Assembly: GCA_020148045.1 (NCBI GenBank)
Contig: JAHCRG010000004.1
Span: forward strand, 64,576-128,575
DNA length: 64,000 nt
Reading direction: 5' to 3'
Origin: Patescibacteria group bacterium
Lineage (GTDB): Bacteria > Patescibacteriota > Minisyncoccia > Minisyncoccales > GWA2-38-27
Shown: piece by piece, positions 16,427 through 25,148 of the stretch
Numbering within the stretch: the first letter of the stretch is position 1
How the letters are laid out: each line of letters begins with the position of its first letter
Translations under genes and position numbers: made by a program
Notes under the pieces: model-generated
The model's database searches: none
The model's input: the letters and a program-made list of their open reading frames with translations, nothing else
Told to the model about the DNA's origin: nothing

Positions 16427-17152
16427 ATGAGACGCATTAGCATTAGTATTTTGGCAGTTCTTTCACTTTTTGGACTTCAGTCCTGCACCTCTCTGGAGAA
16501 TTTCACTACAAGTGAGAACTTAAGACCTGGATTAAACCTGAATATTATCAATGACTTTAATCGTTCTTACTCAAAAGTGTCACAGGCTCTCCCCGAAAAC
16601 TGGGAACTAGGATATCAGCCGCCAGGTGGTAGCATGAGGACTGATAGGGATAATGATGGCTATTTTTGGGACTTAGGATTCGGTCTTGAACCAAAATTGA
16701 CAACTGCCAGTGATTGGGAGTTTGGGTTGCCAGTCTTTTATAGCTTTACCTGCCTTGGGAGTGGCGATGATTTCACCATAGACAAAGTAGTTGCTGAGAC
16801 CACATTAGATTGGTGGGATAACGTTCCTGTATTTGAAGTAAATCTTAGAAAAACAAGTCCGGCTATTGGTATCTCGGTTCGAAAGGACCATTGGAAATTT
16901 CAATGTGCTTTCCAGGAGTACAAGCTTTTCACAGAAGATTTTAAAGGTGTTGATGTTGTGGGAGGAAAAAATTATGCCAAGGCCATTGGAAAAAGAGATA
17001 TTGACAGTGGTTGGGGTCAACGCTTTGATGTATCCTACCTTTTTTATGAAACAGAAGATAAAGGAGGATGGAGCATAGGCGGATATTATGAAAGAAACGG
17101 CAGTGAGGTTTGGCTTGCAGGAATTAGCTTAAAATATACCTTTGGTCTATAG
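16427..17152 (+). CDS. putative lipoprotein, aromatic-rich, hypothetical
   Basis: Signal peptide with LQSC lipobox-like site. Rich in W/Y/F/G with alternating-pattern segments. Strong AGGAGA Shine-Dalgarno. Confidence 0.55.
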   Translation: MRRISISILAVLSLFGLQSCTSLENFTTSENLRPGLNLNIINDFNRSYSKVSQALPENWELGYQPPGGSMRTDRDNDGYFWDLGFGLEPKLTTASDWEFGLPVFYSFTCLGSGDDFTIDKVVAETTLDWWDNVPVFEVNLRKTSPAIGISVRKDHWKFQCAFQEYKLFTEDFKGVDVVGGKNYAKAIGKRDIDSGWGQRFDVSYLFYETEDKGGWSIGGYYERNGSEVWLAGISLKYTFGL

Positions 17153-17187
17153 GAGATTGAGCAAAACAAAAAGGGACAAATTTTATT

Positions 17188-17832
17188 TTACTTTTGCCCC
17201 TTTTTTAATTTGTTGATTTCTTTAATTGTTTTCAGGATTGCTTGGATAATTTTTTTCCGAGATTTTCCCTTTTCTCCCTTTTTTGTTTTTTTAAACATTT
17301 CTTCTATTTCTCTCTGTAGGGGAGGTGAGGAATAAATGAACGGTAGTTTACGAAGCTCATCTATTTTTTCCGAAGAGGGTTCCATTGCTTTAAAGAGTTG
17401 CAAGGCTTTTATTCTTGATGATTCGTTTACTTTTTCCCTCATAATTCTCATTAGGGCTTCTTCGGCTTCGTCTTTTCTAATATGCCCTTCCTGGATTATT
17501 TTTTCAATTACTTGCCAGGCTTTCTCTATGCTGTATTCTCCTTGGTATTTAATTACATCTACCAGGTCATCTATGGTAGCCAGCCCAAAACACCTTTGCC
17601 AAAACTCATCTTCTATTGGTTCTGCTTCTATTTCCTTAAACAGGGTTCCAATAGAATCAAGTATTTCATAAAAATCATTGAAGTTAAGGTCATCTCTCTT
17701 CAGAAATTCTCTTATATTATCGATTAATTGCTCCCAAAGTGATTCCAACCTCTTTTTGTGTCTTTTCATACCTTTTAATCTTATCCAGGCTCTAAAGCCT
17801 TTAATCATCTTTAATTTTTTAAGATTTTTCAT
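17188..17832 (-). CDS. hypothetical protein (214 aa), Lys/Glu-rich, helical
   Basis: ORF with an AGGAGA Shine-Dalgarno, convergent with the lipoprotein gene. No family recognised. Confidence 0.5.
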   Translation of the reverse strand: MKNLKKLKMIKGFRAWIRLKGMKRHKKRLESLWEQLIDNIREFLKRDDLNFNDFYEILDSIGTLFKEIEAEPIEDEFWQRCFGLATIDDLVDVIKYQGEYSIEKAWQVIEKIIQEGHIRKDEAEEALMRIMREKVNESSRIKALQLFKAMEPSSEKIDELRKLPFIYSSPPLQREIEEMFKKTKKGEKGKSRKKIIQAILKTIKEINKLKKGQK

Positions 17833-18012
17833 TCTATATCTCCTAACAGTATTGTAAGTTTTAAAGAGCTAATTACTACTAAAACCTTAAAACTTATTTT
17901 AAAATTTGTCAAATATTTTTTGATTTAGCTTAAAAATTTTGATATCATTGATTAATGATAGGTCCTTTCGATTCCGTGGCTGGGATAGAGTGGATGCCCT
18001 GTTTTAATTTTT

Positions 18013-19281
18013 ATGAAAAAAATATTTAAAAATAAAAAGGTGACTGTGATGGGATTGGGATTGCTTGGTGGAGGAGTAGGAGTAGCTAAATTTTTTTGTC
18101 AGCAAGGAACAGAGGTTTTAGTGACAGATTTAAAGACAAAAAAAGAATTAAAAGAATCTATTCAGAAACTTAAAGGATTGCCCATAAAATATATTCTTGG
18201 TAAACATAGACAAGAGGATTTTATTAATACTAATTTGGTTATTAAAAATCCTGGCGTACTAAGAGATTCCTTTTATCTTAAAATTGCCAAAAAACATAAA
18301 ATCCCTATAAAGAATGATGTCAGTATATTTTTTGATTTATGTCCGGCTCCAATTATTGGAGTTACTGGTACCAAGGGGAAATCAACTGTTGCTACCCTTA
18401 TATATCTGCTTCTAAAGAAAAAATATCCGAATACAATTTTAGCAGGCAATATCGGAGTTTCACCCCTGGAGATTTTGTCAAAGATAACCAAAAAGAGCAA
18501 AGTTGTTTTAGAGCTTTCCAGTTTTGGGCTTGAGGATTTGAAAAAGAGCCCAAAAGTTGCTGTTATTACTACTATTTTCCCAGACCATTTGAATAGGTAT
18601 AAGAATTTTAGGAAGTATGTTGCAGCTAAAAAGTCAATTTTTAAATATCAAAAGAAAAATGATATTTTGGTTTTAAATTATAATAATCCTGAGACGAGGA
18701 AATTATCTAAAGAAGCTCATTCTAAAGTTTTATTTTTCAGGAATTCCAATATTTCAGCTGCTATTGCTGTTGCTAAACTATTCAAAATTCCTAAAAAAGA
18801 TATTAAAAAAGTTCTTTCTAACTTTAAAGGTGTTCCTAACAGGCAAGAACTAATTGCTACAAAAAAAGGAGTGAAATATATTAACGATACCACCGCCACC
18901 ACCCCTCAATCGGTAATATTAGCAATTAGAACTTTTAAACAGAGATTTCCTAATTCAGGAATTATTCTTATTGCTGGTGGTTTGGATAAAAATTTGAATT
19001 ATAAAAATTTAGCAAAGGAAATTAAAAGGAACGTAAATGCTTTAATTTTATTACCAGGTACAGCTTCTAAGAAAATTAAAAAAGGATTGGAAAAATTTGA
19101 TAAAATTTACCTTGTTAAATCAATGAGAGGAGCAGTAAAAAAAGCGGTAAGTTTAGCTCAAAAAGGTGATATTGTTTTGCTTTCTCCGGGAGCAGCGAGT
19201 TTTAATTTGTTCAAAAATGAATTTGACAGAGGAGAACAATATAAAAAGAATGTCAAAATCCTAATTTCCAATGACAAATGA
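18013..19281 (+). CDS. murD: UDP-N-acetylmuramoylalanine--D-glutamate ligase
   Basis: N-terminal Rossmann GLGLLGGGVG and GVTGTKGKSTV P-loop. Position upstream of ftsW-murG. Confidence 0.9.
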   Translation: MKKIFKNKKVTVMGLGLLGGGVGVAKFFCQQGTEVLVTDLKTKKELKESIQKLKGLPIKYILGKHRQEDFINTNLVIKNPGVLRDSFYLKIAKKHKIPIKNDVSIFFDLCPAPIIGVTGTKGKSTVATLIYLLLKKKYPNTILAGNIGVSPLEILSKITKKSKVVLELSSFGLEDLKKSPKVAVITTIFPDHLNRYKNFRKYVAAKKSIFKYQKKNDILVLNYNNPETRKLSKEAHSKVLFFRNSNISAAIAVAKLFKIPKKDIKKVLSNFKGVPNRQELIATKKGVKYINDTTATTPQSVILAIRTFKQRFPNSGIILIAGGLDKNLNYKNLAKEIKRNVNALILLPGTASKKIKKGLEKFDKIYLVKSMRGAVKKAVSLAQKGDIVLLSPGAASFNLFKNEFDRGEQYKKNVKILISNDK

Positions 19282-20399
19282 AAATAAAAAAACATCATTT
19301 TGATTATATCTTAGCCATTGTGGTGGCCATTTTAGTAATTTTGGGGATTTTAGTTTTGGCTAGTGTTTCCGCTACTTTTTCTCAGGAAAAATTTGGTCGC
19401 ACAACTTATTATCTTTTTCATCAAATGATTTATGGATTAGCTCTTGGAATTGTATTAGGATTTATTGCTTTTAAGATAAAATTATCAATTTTAAAGAAAT
19501 GGGCCTGGCTCTTTATTCTAATAAATCTAATCTTTATGGTTTTGGTTTTTATCCCGGGATTGGGTATTGTTGCTGGTGGAGCGCCTCGCTGGATGAATTT
19601 GGGCTTTGTTTCTTTTCAGCCTTCTGAGTTTTTAAAGCTTACTTTTATTTTTTATCTTTCTGCTTGGCTGGCCAGTCGAACTAAAAAGAAATCATTTAAA
19701 AAAACTAAAAAAGAGCTGAAATTTACTCTAATTCCTTTTCTTATAATTGTAGGAATTATTACTATTCTTTTAACCAAGCAATCGGATATTAGCACCTTAG
19801 GGATAATCATTTTAGTTGCCGCCTTAATGTATTTTTCAGCAAGCACTCCTTTATGGCATAGTATTTTGATAATTTTAATCAGCTTAGGGGGCTTTTTAGC
19901 TTTGGTAAAAATTGCTCCTTACAGGATGATGAGATTCCGGGTTCTTTTAGGATTAGTAAAAGACCCAATGGGAATGGGCTATCAAATAAAACAAGCTTTG
20001 ATTGCTATTGGCTCAGGAGGAATTTTAGGATTGGGTCTGGGGATGTCTAGTCAACAATTTGGATTCATTCCCCAAACAATGTCAGATTCAATCTTTGCCA
20101 TATTTGCCGAAGAAACAGGTTTTATCGGCTCTTTAATTTTGATTTTTCTTTTTTTAGTTTTGTTTTGGCGAGGATTTAGGATTTCCAAAAGATCTCCGGA
20201 TAAATTTTCTCAACTTTTTGCTATAGGCATAAGTTCTTGGATTTGCATTCAGGCCTTTATTAATATAGGGGCGATGATTGGCATTTTGCCATTAACCGGT
20301 ATCCCTTTGCCTTTTATTAGTTACGGCGGTTCCCATCTGGTTGCTGAATTGATAGGTATAGGGATACTGCTTAATATTTCAAAAGCGAGAAGAAAATGA
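19278..20399 (+). CDS. ftsW: SEDS-family lipid II flippase/peptidoglycan polymerase FtsW
   Basis: About 10 TM helices with the FQPSEFLK and GIPLPFISYGGS motifs. ATGA overlap with murD. Confidence 0.9.
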   Translation: MKIKKHHFDYILAIVVAILVILGILVLASVSATFSQEKFGRTTYYLFHQMIYGLALGIVLGFIAFKIKLSILKKWAWLFILINLIFMVLVFIPGLGIVAGGAPRWMNLGFVSFQPSEFLKLTFIFYLSAWLASRTKKKSFKKTKKELKFTLIPFLIIVGIITILLTKQSDISTLGIIILVAALMYFSASTPLWHSILIILISLGGFLALVKIAPYRMMRFRVLLGLVKDPMGMGYQIKQALIAIGSGGILGLGLGMSSQQFGFIPQTMSDSIFAIFAEETGFIGSLILIFLFLVLFWRGFRISKRSPDKFSQLFAIGISSWICIQAFINIGAMIGILPLTGIPLPFISYGGSHLVAELIGIGILLNISKARRK

Positions 20400-20414
20400 T
20401 AGAATAATATAAAT

Positions 20415-21530
20415 ATGAAAATTTTATTTACCGGCGGAGGAACTGCTGGTCATATTTTTCCAATAATTGCTATTGTCAGGGAAATAAGAGAAAAATATCC
20501 TCACGGAGGTTTTGAATTTTATTATGTTGGTCCAAAAGATAAATTTGCGGCCAATCTTCTTTCCAAAGAAGAAATTGAAGTAAAGAGAATTTTAGCTGGA
20601 AAAATTAGAAGATATTTTTCTTTCAAGAATATTATTGATATCTTTAAATTTCCGATTGGATTTCTTCAGGCTTTTTATCACATTTTTGTCATTTCCCCAG
20701 ATGTTATTTTCAGTAAAGGAGGGTATGGATCAATAGCTACTTCTATTTCTGGTCGGATTTTGATGGTTCCAATCTTTTTACATGAATCAGATATTTCACC
20801 CGGTTTGGCTAACAGAATAGTAAGCAAGTTTGCTTTAGAGATTTTTATCTCTTTTCCTATCCAGAAGACAGAATACTTTCCAGCCAAGAAAATGCTTTCA
20901 GTTGGCAATCCTGTAAGAAAAGAGATTTTAGATGGTTCTAAAAAAGAAGCTAAAAAATTATTGAAATTAACGGGAGAAAAACCAGTAATTCTAATTTTGG
21001 GTGGTTCTCAGGGTGCTCAAAGAATAAATAATAAAATATTGTCAATCTTGCCTAATGTTTTAAAAGATTATGAAATAATTCATCAAACAGGCAGGAGAAA
21101 CTTTGAGCAGGTAAGAAAGGAAGCAGAAATTGTGATAACTAAGGAGTTAAAAAAATATTATCATCCTTTTCCCTTTTTGAATGAAGAGGAACTGTCTCAC
21201 GCCTATCAGGCAGCTGATTTAATTATTAGCAGGGCAGGAGCGGGAACTATTTTTGAGATTGCCGCTGTGGAAAGGCCAAGCATTTTAGTTCCCTTACCAG
21301 AGTCAGCTCAAAATCACCAAGTAAAAAATGCTTATACTTTTGCCGAAAATGGTGCTACCTTGATAATAGAAGAGGCAAATTTCACACCGCATTTTGTTTT
21401 AGAAAGAATAAAATATTTATTTTCTCAACCTCAAAAATTAAAAGAAATGGCAGAAAGAGCAAAAGAATTTTCCCGACCAGAAGCGACCAGAATAATCGCC
21501 GAGTATATCGTAACCTATTTAAGTCAGTAA
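20415..21530 (+). CDS. murG: UDP-GlcNAc:lipid I N-acetylglucosaminyltransferase
   Basis: FTGGGTAGHIFP N-terminus, GGSQGA and RAGAGTIFE motifs. Confidence 0.92.
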   Translation: MKILFTGGGTAGHIFPIIAIVREIREKYPHGGFEFYYVGPKDKFAANLLSKEEIEVKRILAGKIRRYFSFKNIIDIFKFPIGFLQAFYHIFVISPDVIFSKGGYGSIATSISGRILMVPIFLHESDISPGLANRIVSKFALEIFISFPIQKTEYFPAKKMLSVGNPVRKEILDGSKKEAKKLLKLTGEKPVILILGGSQGAQRINNKILSILPNVLKDYEIIHQTGRRNFEQVRKEAEIVITKELKKYYHPFPFLNEEELSHAYQAADLIISRAGAGTIFEIAAVERPSILVPLPESAQNHQVKNAYTFAENGATLIIEEANFTPHFVLERIKYLFSQPQKLKEMAERAKEFSRPEATRIIAEYIVTYLSQ

Positions 21531-21536
21531 GCAATA

Positions 21537-21598
21537 ATAAGAACCTGACTTCGTCAGAACCTTGATTCGTTATTGTATAAACATAAAATCTTGAATTA
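21537..21598 (+). repeat. copy A of a conserved intergenic module (hairpin + TTGATT-16-TAAAAT block)
   Basis: It shares ATAAGAACCT, a [stem]TTC[stem] hairpin, AGAACCTTGATTCG and 22/31 of the following positions with 49561-49626. The hairpin stems differ but stay complementary (CTGAC/GTCAG here, CTCGCC/GGCGAG there). Confidence 0.85.
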
Positions 21599-21612
21599 AG
21601 AAAATAGAGAAT

Positions 21613-21646
21613 AACTACCGAGAGCGGTTCTTGGTAGTTTTCTTTT
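21613..21646 (+). terminator. intrinsic terminator downstream of module copy A
   Basis: AACTACC...GGTAGTT stem followed by TTTCTTTT. Confidence 0.65.
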
Positions 21647-21679
21647 GACTTGAAAAATAATATTGGGTAAAATAAAGTA

Positions 21680-23137
21680 ATGGCGACGATTGATGAGATT
21701 CGGAAAAATAGGATAAAAAAACTTAAGGCGATTGAAAGTGCTGGGGTTTTGGCTTATCCCGGGAAGACCAAAAAGAGCCATACTTGCGAGCAGGCGCTTG
21801 AGGAATTTGGTAAGCTTTCCCGAGCGAAAAAAGAAATAGTTTTAGCAGGCAGGATTATTTCTTTAAGGGAGCACGGCGGTCTTGTTTTTTGTCATATTGA
21901 AGATGGCTCTGGCAAGATTCAAATATTATTTAAAAAAGATAGATTAGGAGAAAAAAATTATGAGTTTTTCTTGAATAATTTTGATATCGGAGATTTTATT
22001 GAAGTCAGAGGAACTTTATTTAAAACAAAAAAAGGCGAAAAGACGCTTGAGGCAGCTGATTATAAGATTTTAGCTAAATCCCTTTTGCCTCTGCCAGAAA
22101 AATGGCATGGTTTAAAAGATGTTGAAGAAAGATATCGTAAAAGATATTTGGACTTAGTTTTTAATAAAAAAGTTAAAGAGAAATTTAAACTTCGTTCAAA
22201 GATTATTAAAGAGATAAGGGAATTTTTAGAAAAACAAGGATTTCTGCAGGTGGAAACTCCGATTTTACAACCAATTTATGGGGGAGCAAAAGCCAGACCA
22301 TTTAAAACTTATCTAAATGCTTTAGATCTTGATTTATATCTAAGAATTTCTCCTGAACTTTATTTAAAACGGCTTTTAATCGGTGGATTTGAAAAGGTCT
22401 ATGAAATCGGAAAATGTTTTAGAAACGAGGGAATAGATAAAGCCCATAATCCCGACTTCACAATGCTGGAGTTTTACTGGGCATATACTGATTACAAGGA
22501 ATTGATGAAATTTACCGAGAAAATGTTTTCTACTTTGATTAAGAATTTGTTTGGCAGCTTAAAGATTAAATATGAAGGAAAGGAAATAGATTTTAAACCG
22601 CCTTGGCCCAGAGTTGAGTTTGACCAGCTTATCAAAAAGTATACTAAAATTAATTTGGATGAGATTCATCTTCAAGCTCTTAAAAAAGAAGCTAAAAAAT
22701 TAGGAATTGAACCAAAAGGAGGGAAGGCCGAGATTGCTGATGATATTTATAAAAAAATCTGTCGTTCTAAAATCTGGCAGCCCTGTTTTGTAATTCACCA
22801 TCCTGCAGGCGCTTTTCCTTTGGCAAAGTCGCTTCATAAAAATCCTACAAAAACTGCAAATTTTCAATTAGTAATAGCTGATATTGAATTGATTAATGCT
22901 TTTTCTGAGCTTAATGATTCTACAGAACAAAAGAAAAGATTTGAAGAGCAGGAAAAGATTTTTAAAGCTGGTTTTGAAGAAGCCCAGAGAATGGATGAGG
23001 ACTTTATTGAGGCATTAGAGTATGGTATGCCTCCAGCTGCTGGTTTTGGGATGGGAATTGACCGTCTTACAGCTTTGCTAACAGATTCCCATGCCCTTAG
23101 AGAAGTAATTTTGTTTCCTACGATGCGTCCAAAATAA
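21680..23137 (+). CDS. lysS: lysyl-tRNA synthetase, class II
   Basis: OB-fold N-terminus, FRNEGIDKAHNPDFTMLE (motif 2) and GFGMGIDRLTALL (motif 3). Confidence 0.93.
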   Translation: MATIDEIRKNRIKKLKAIESAGVLAYPGKTKKSHTCEQALEEFGKLSRAKKEIVLAGRIISLREHGGLVFCHIEDGSGKIQILFKKDRLGEKNYEFFLNNFDIGDFIEVRGTLFKTKKGEKTLEAADYKILAKSLLPLPEKWHGLKDVEERYRKRYLDLVFNKKVKEKFKLRSKIIKEIREFLEKQGFLQVETPILQPIYGGAKARPFKTYLNALDLDLYLRISPELYLKRLLIGGFEKVYEIGKCFRNEGIDKAHNPDFTMLEFYWAYTDYKELMKFTEKMFSTLIKNLFGSLKIKYEGKEIDFKPPWPRVEFDQLIKKYTKINLDEIHLQALKKEAKKLGIEPKGGKAEIADDIYKKICRSKIWQPCFVIHHPAGAFPLAKSLHKNPTKTANFQLVIADIELINAFSELNDSTEQKKRFEEQEKIFKAGFEEAQRMDEDFIEALEYGMPPAAGFGMGIDRLTALLTDSHALREVILFPTMRPK

Positions 23138-23153
23138 TTCAGCTCCAAAATAT

Positions 23154-24416
23154 ATGCTAGATATTAAGTTTATCAGAGAAAATCCAGAAAAAGTTAAAGA
23201 GGCCTGTAAAAATAAACAGGTTAAGATTGATGTTGGCCGGCTTTTAAAGATTGACAAAGAAAAAAGAGGAATCCAAACAGAGTTAGAAAAAATCTTTGCC
23301 CAAAAAAACAAAGCCAGCAAAGAAATTAGTAAAGCAAAAGATAAAAAAGAAAAGCAAAAGATTATTTCAGAAATGCAGAAAATAGATAAAAAGGGCGATA
23401 AATTAAAAGAGAGTTTGAAAAAGATTGATAAAGAGTTTGAGATATTGATGTATCAAGTTCCAAATATACCTTTAGATGATGTGCCAGTTGGTAAAGACGA
23501 AAAGGATAATGTTGTGATACGGAAAGTGGGGAAGAAAACAAAATTCAATTTTAAGCCCAAAGATTATTTAGAAATTGCTGAAAAGTATGATCTGATTGAT
23601 GTAAAAAGGGCAGCAAAAGTATCTGGAACTCGCTTTGGTTATTTAAAAAATGAAGCAGCTTTACTTGAATTTGCTTTGATAAATTTTACTTTTGAAAACT
23701 TAATAAAAAAAGGTTTTATTCCAGTTGTTCCTCCAGTAATGATGAAATCAGAGAAGATAAGAGGAATGGGATATTTAGAGCAAGCTGATATAGAAGAAGC
23801 ATATTATCTTCCCAAAGACGATTTATTTTTAGCAGGTACTGCTGAACAACCAATTGGGACGATGCATGCAGATGAAATTTTTGAAGAAAAAAATCTTCCA
23901 AAAAGATATCTTGCTTTTTCTTCTTGTTTTCGCAGAGAAGCTGGTTCCTATGGAAAAGATACCAAGGGAATATTGAGAGTTCATCAATTTGATAAAATGG
24001 AGATGTTCAGTTTTTGTAAACCTGAGAATTCAATAAAAGAATATAAATTTCTTTTAGAAATAGAAGAAAAACTAATACAGCTTTTAAAAATTCCTTACCG
24101 AGTCCTACAAATTTGCACAGGAGACTTGGCAAGACCATCAGCCGCTACTTATGATATTGAAGTTTGGATTCCCTCCCAAAATCGTTATCGAGAAACACAC
24201 TCCACCTCAAGTTGCACTGACTTTCAGGCCAGGAGATTAAATATTAGATATCGGGATAAAAATAATAAATTGAAGTTTGTTCATACTTTAAATGGCACTG
24301 CTTTTGCAATAGGAAGAACATTAATTGCTATTATTGAGAATTACCAGCAAAAAGATGGAAGTATAAGAGTGCCTGAGGTTCTTCAAAAATATGTAGGATT
24401 TAAGGTCATAAAATAA
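23154..24416 (+). CDS. serS: seryl-tRNA synthetase
   Basis: MLDIKFIRENPE coiled-coil arm, FRREAGSYGKDTKGILRVHQF (motif 2) and TLNGTAFAIGRTLIAIIENYQ (motif 3). Confidence 0.93.
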   Translation: MLDIKFIRENPEKVKEACKNKQVKIDVGRLLKIDKEKRGIQTELEKIFAQKNKASKEISKAKDKKEKQKIISEMQKIDKKGDKLKESLKKIDKEFEILMYQVPNIPLDDVPVGKDEKDNVVIRKVGKKTKFNFKPKDYLEIAEKYDLIDVKRAAKVSGTRFGYLKNEAALLEFALINFTFENLIKKGFIPVVPPVMMKSEKIRGMGYLEQADIEEAYYLPKDDLFLAGTAEQPIGTMHADEIFEEKNLPKRYLAFSSCFRREAGSYGKDTKGILRVHQFDKMEMFSFCKPENSIKEYKFLLEIEEKLIQLLKIPYRVLQICTGDLARPSAATYDIEVWIPSQNRYRETHSTSSCTDFQARRLNIRYRDKNNKLKFVHTLNGTAFAIGRTLIAIIENYQQKDGSIRVPEVLQKYVGFKVIK

Positions 24417-25148
24417 ATGACAATAAAGGGGTTAAAAATTAATTACAAAACTTTAGGAGAGGGAAAACCTCTCTTAATTTTACATGGCTGGGGTTCAAGA
24501 AGTGATAACTGGCAAAGAGTAGGGGAGTTATTAGCTCAAAAAGGAATAAAAGTCATTATTCCTGATTTGCCTGGTTTTGGAAGAAGCCAGAAACCTTCAA
24601 TAGCTTGGGGCTTGGATGAGTATTGTGAGTTTCTGCAAGAACTGGTAGAGTTTTTAAATTTAGAAAGATTTTACCTTTTAGGTCATTCTTTTGGAGGTGC
24701 TTTGGCAGTAAAATATAGTTTGAAATTTCCAGAAAAAATAGAAAAATTGTTTTTAGTAAACGCTGCCTGTTTTAGAAGAAAGACGCCTAAAAAAAGATTT
24801 CTCTATATCCTTTCTAAAATTTTCCCATCTTGTTTTTTGTCTTCTTCTTTATTAAGGCGAGCTTTTTATAGATTCATTGTTAAAAGCGATTACCCGTCTG
24901 TTAATGGTTTAATGAAAGAAATCTATTTGAAAATAATAAAGCAAGATCTTTCAGATATTCTGTCTCAAGTTCAAGTTTCAACAACAATCATTTGGGGAGA
25001 AAAAGATAATATTACACCAATAAAAGATGCTCATTTAATTAATAAAAAAATTAAAGATTCAAAATTAGAAATCATTTCCAATGTTAATCACGATCTTAAT
25101 TTAAAAAACCCAGAAGAATTATCCAAAACAATAATTAAAAATCTATGA
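24417..25148 (+). CDS. alpha/beta-fold hydrolase
   Basis: LILHGWGS oxyanion region, GHSFGG nucleophile elbow and a C-terminal His (NHDLN). Confidence 0.8.
   Translation: MTIKGLKINYKTLGEGKPLLILHGWGSRSDNWQRVGELLAQKGIKVIIPDLPGFGRSQKPSIAWGLDEYCEFLQELVEFLNLERFYLLGHSFGGALAVKYSLKFPEKIEKLFLVNAACFRRKTPKKRFLYILSKIFPSCFLSSSLLRRAFYRFIVKSDYPSVNGLMKEIYLKIIKQDLSDILSQVQVSTTIIWGEKDNITPIKDAHLINKKIKDSKLEIISNVNHDLNLKNPEELSKTIIKNL

Noticed and set aside
17945-18012. TTCGATTCC-containing segment upstream of murD, considered as a tRNA remnant or leader RNA
   Set aside because: No T-stem or acceptor pairing is possible, and the segment is too short and unstructured by eye to call.
21590-21680. Hairpin plus U-tract in front of lysS, considered as a T-box or lysine riboswitch attenuator
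   Set aside because: Only about 25 nt separate the putative upstream promoter from the hairpin, which is far too short for a T-box or L-box aptamer. A separate TTGACT-17-TAAAAT promoter follows the hairpin. No T-box or specifier features were seen upstream of aspS, serS or gltX either.
14134-25148. Possibility of an alternative genetic code (UGA = Gly or Trp, as in some candidate phyla)
   Set aside because: TGA functions as a stop at several tightly coupled ATGA gene junctions (aspS/dacB, murD/ftsW, hydrolase/murF). Conserved proteins are full length under code 11 with no in-frame TGA needed.
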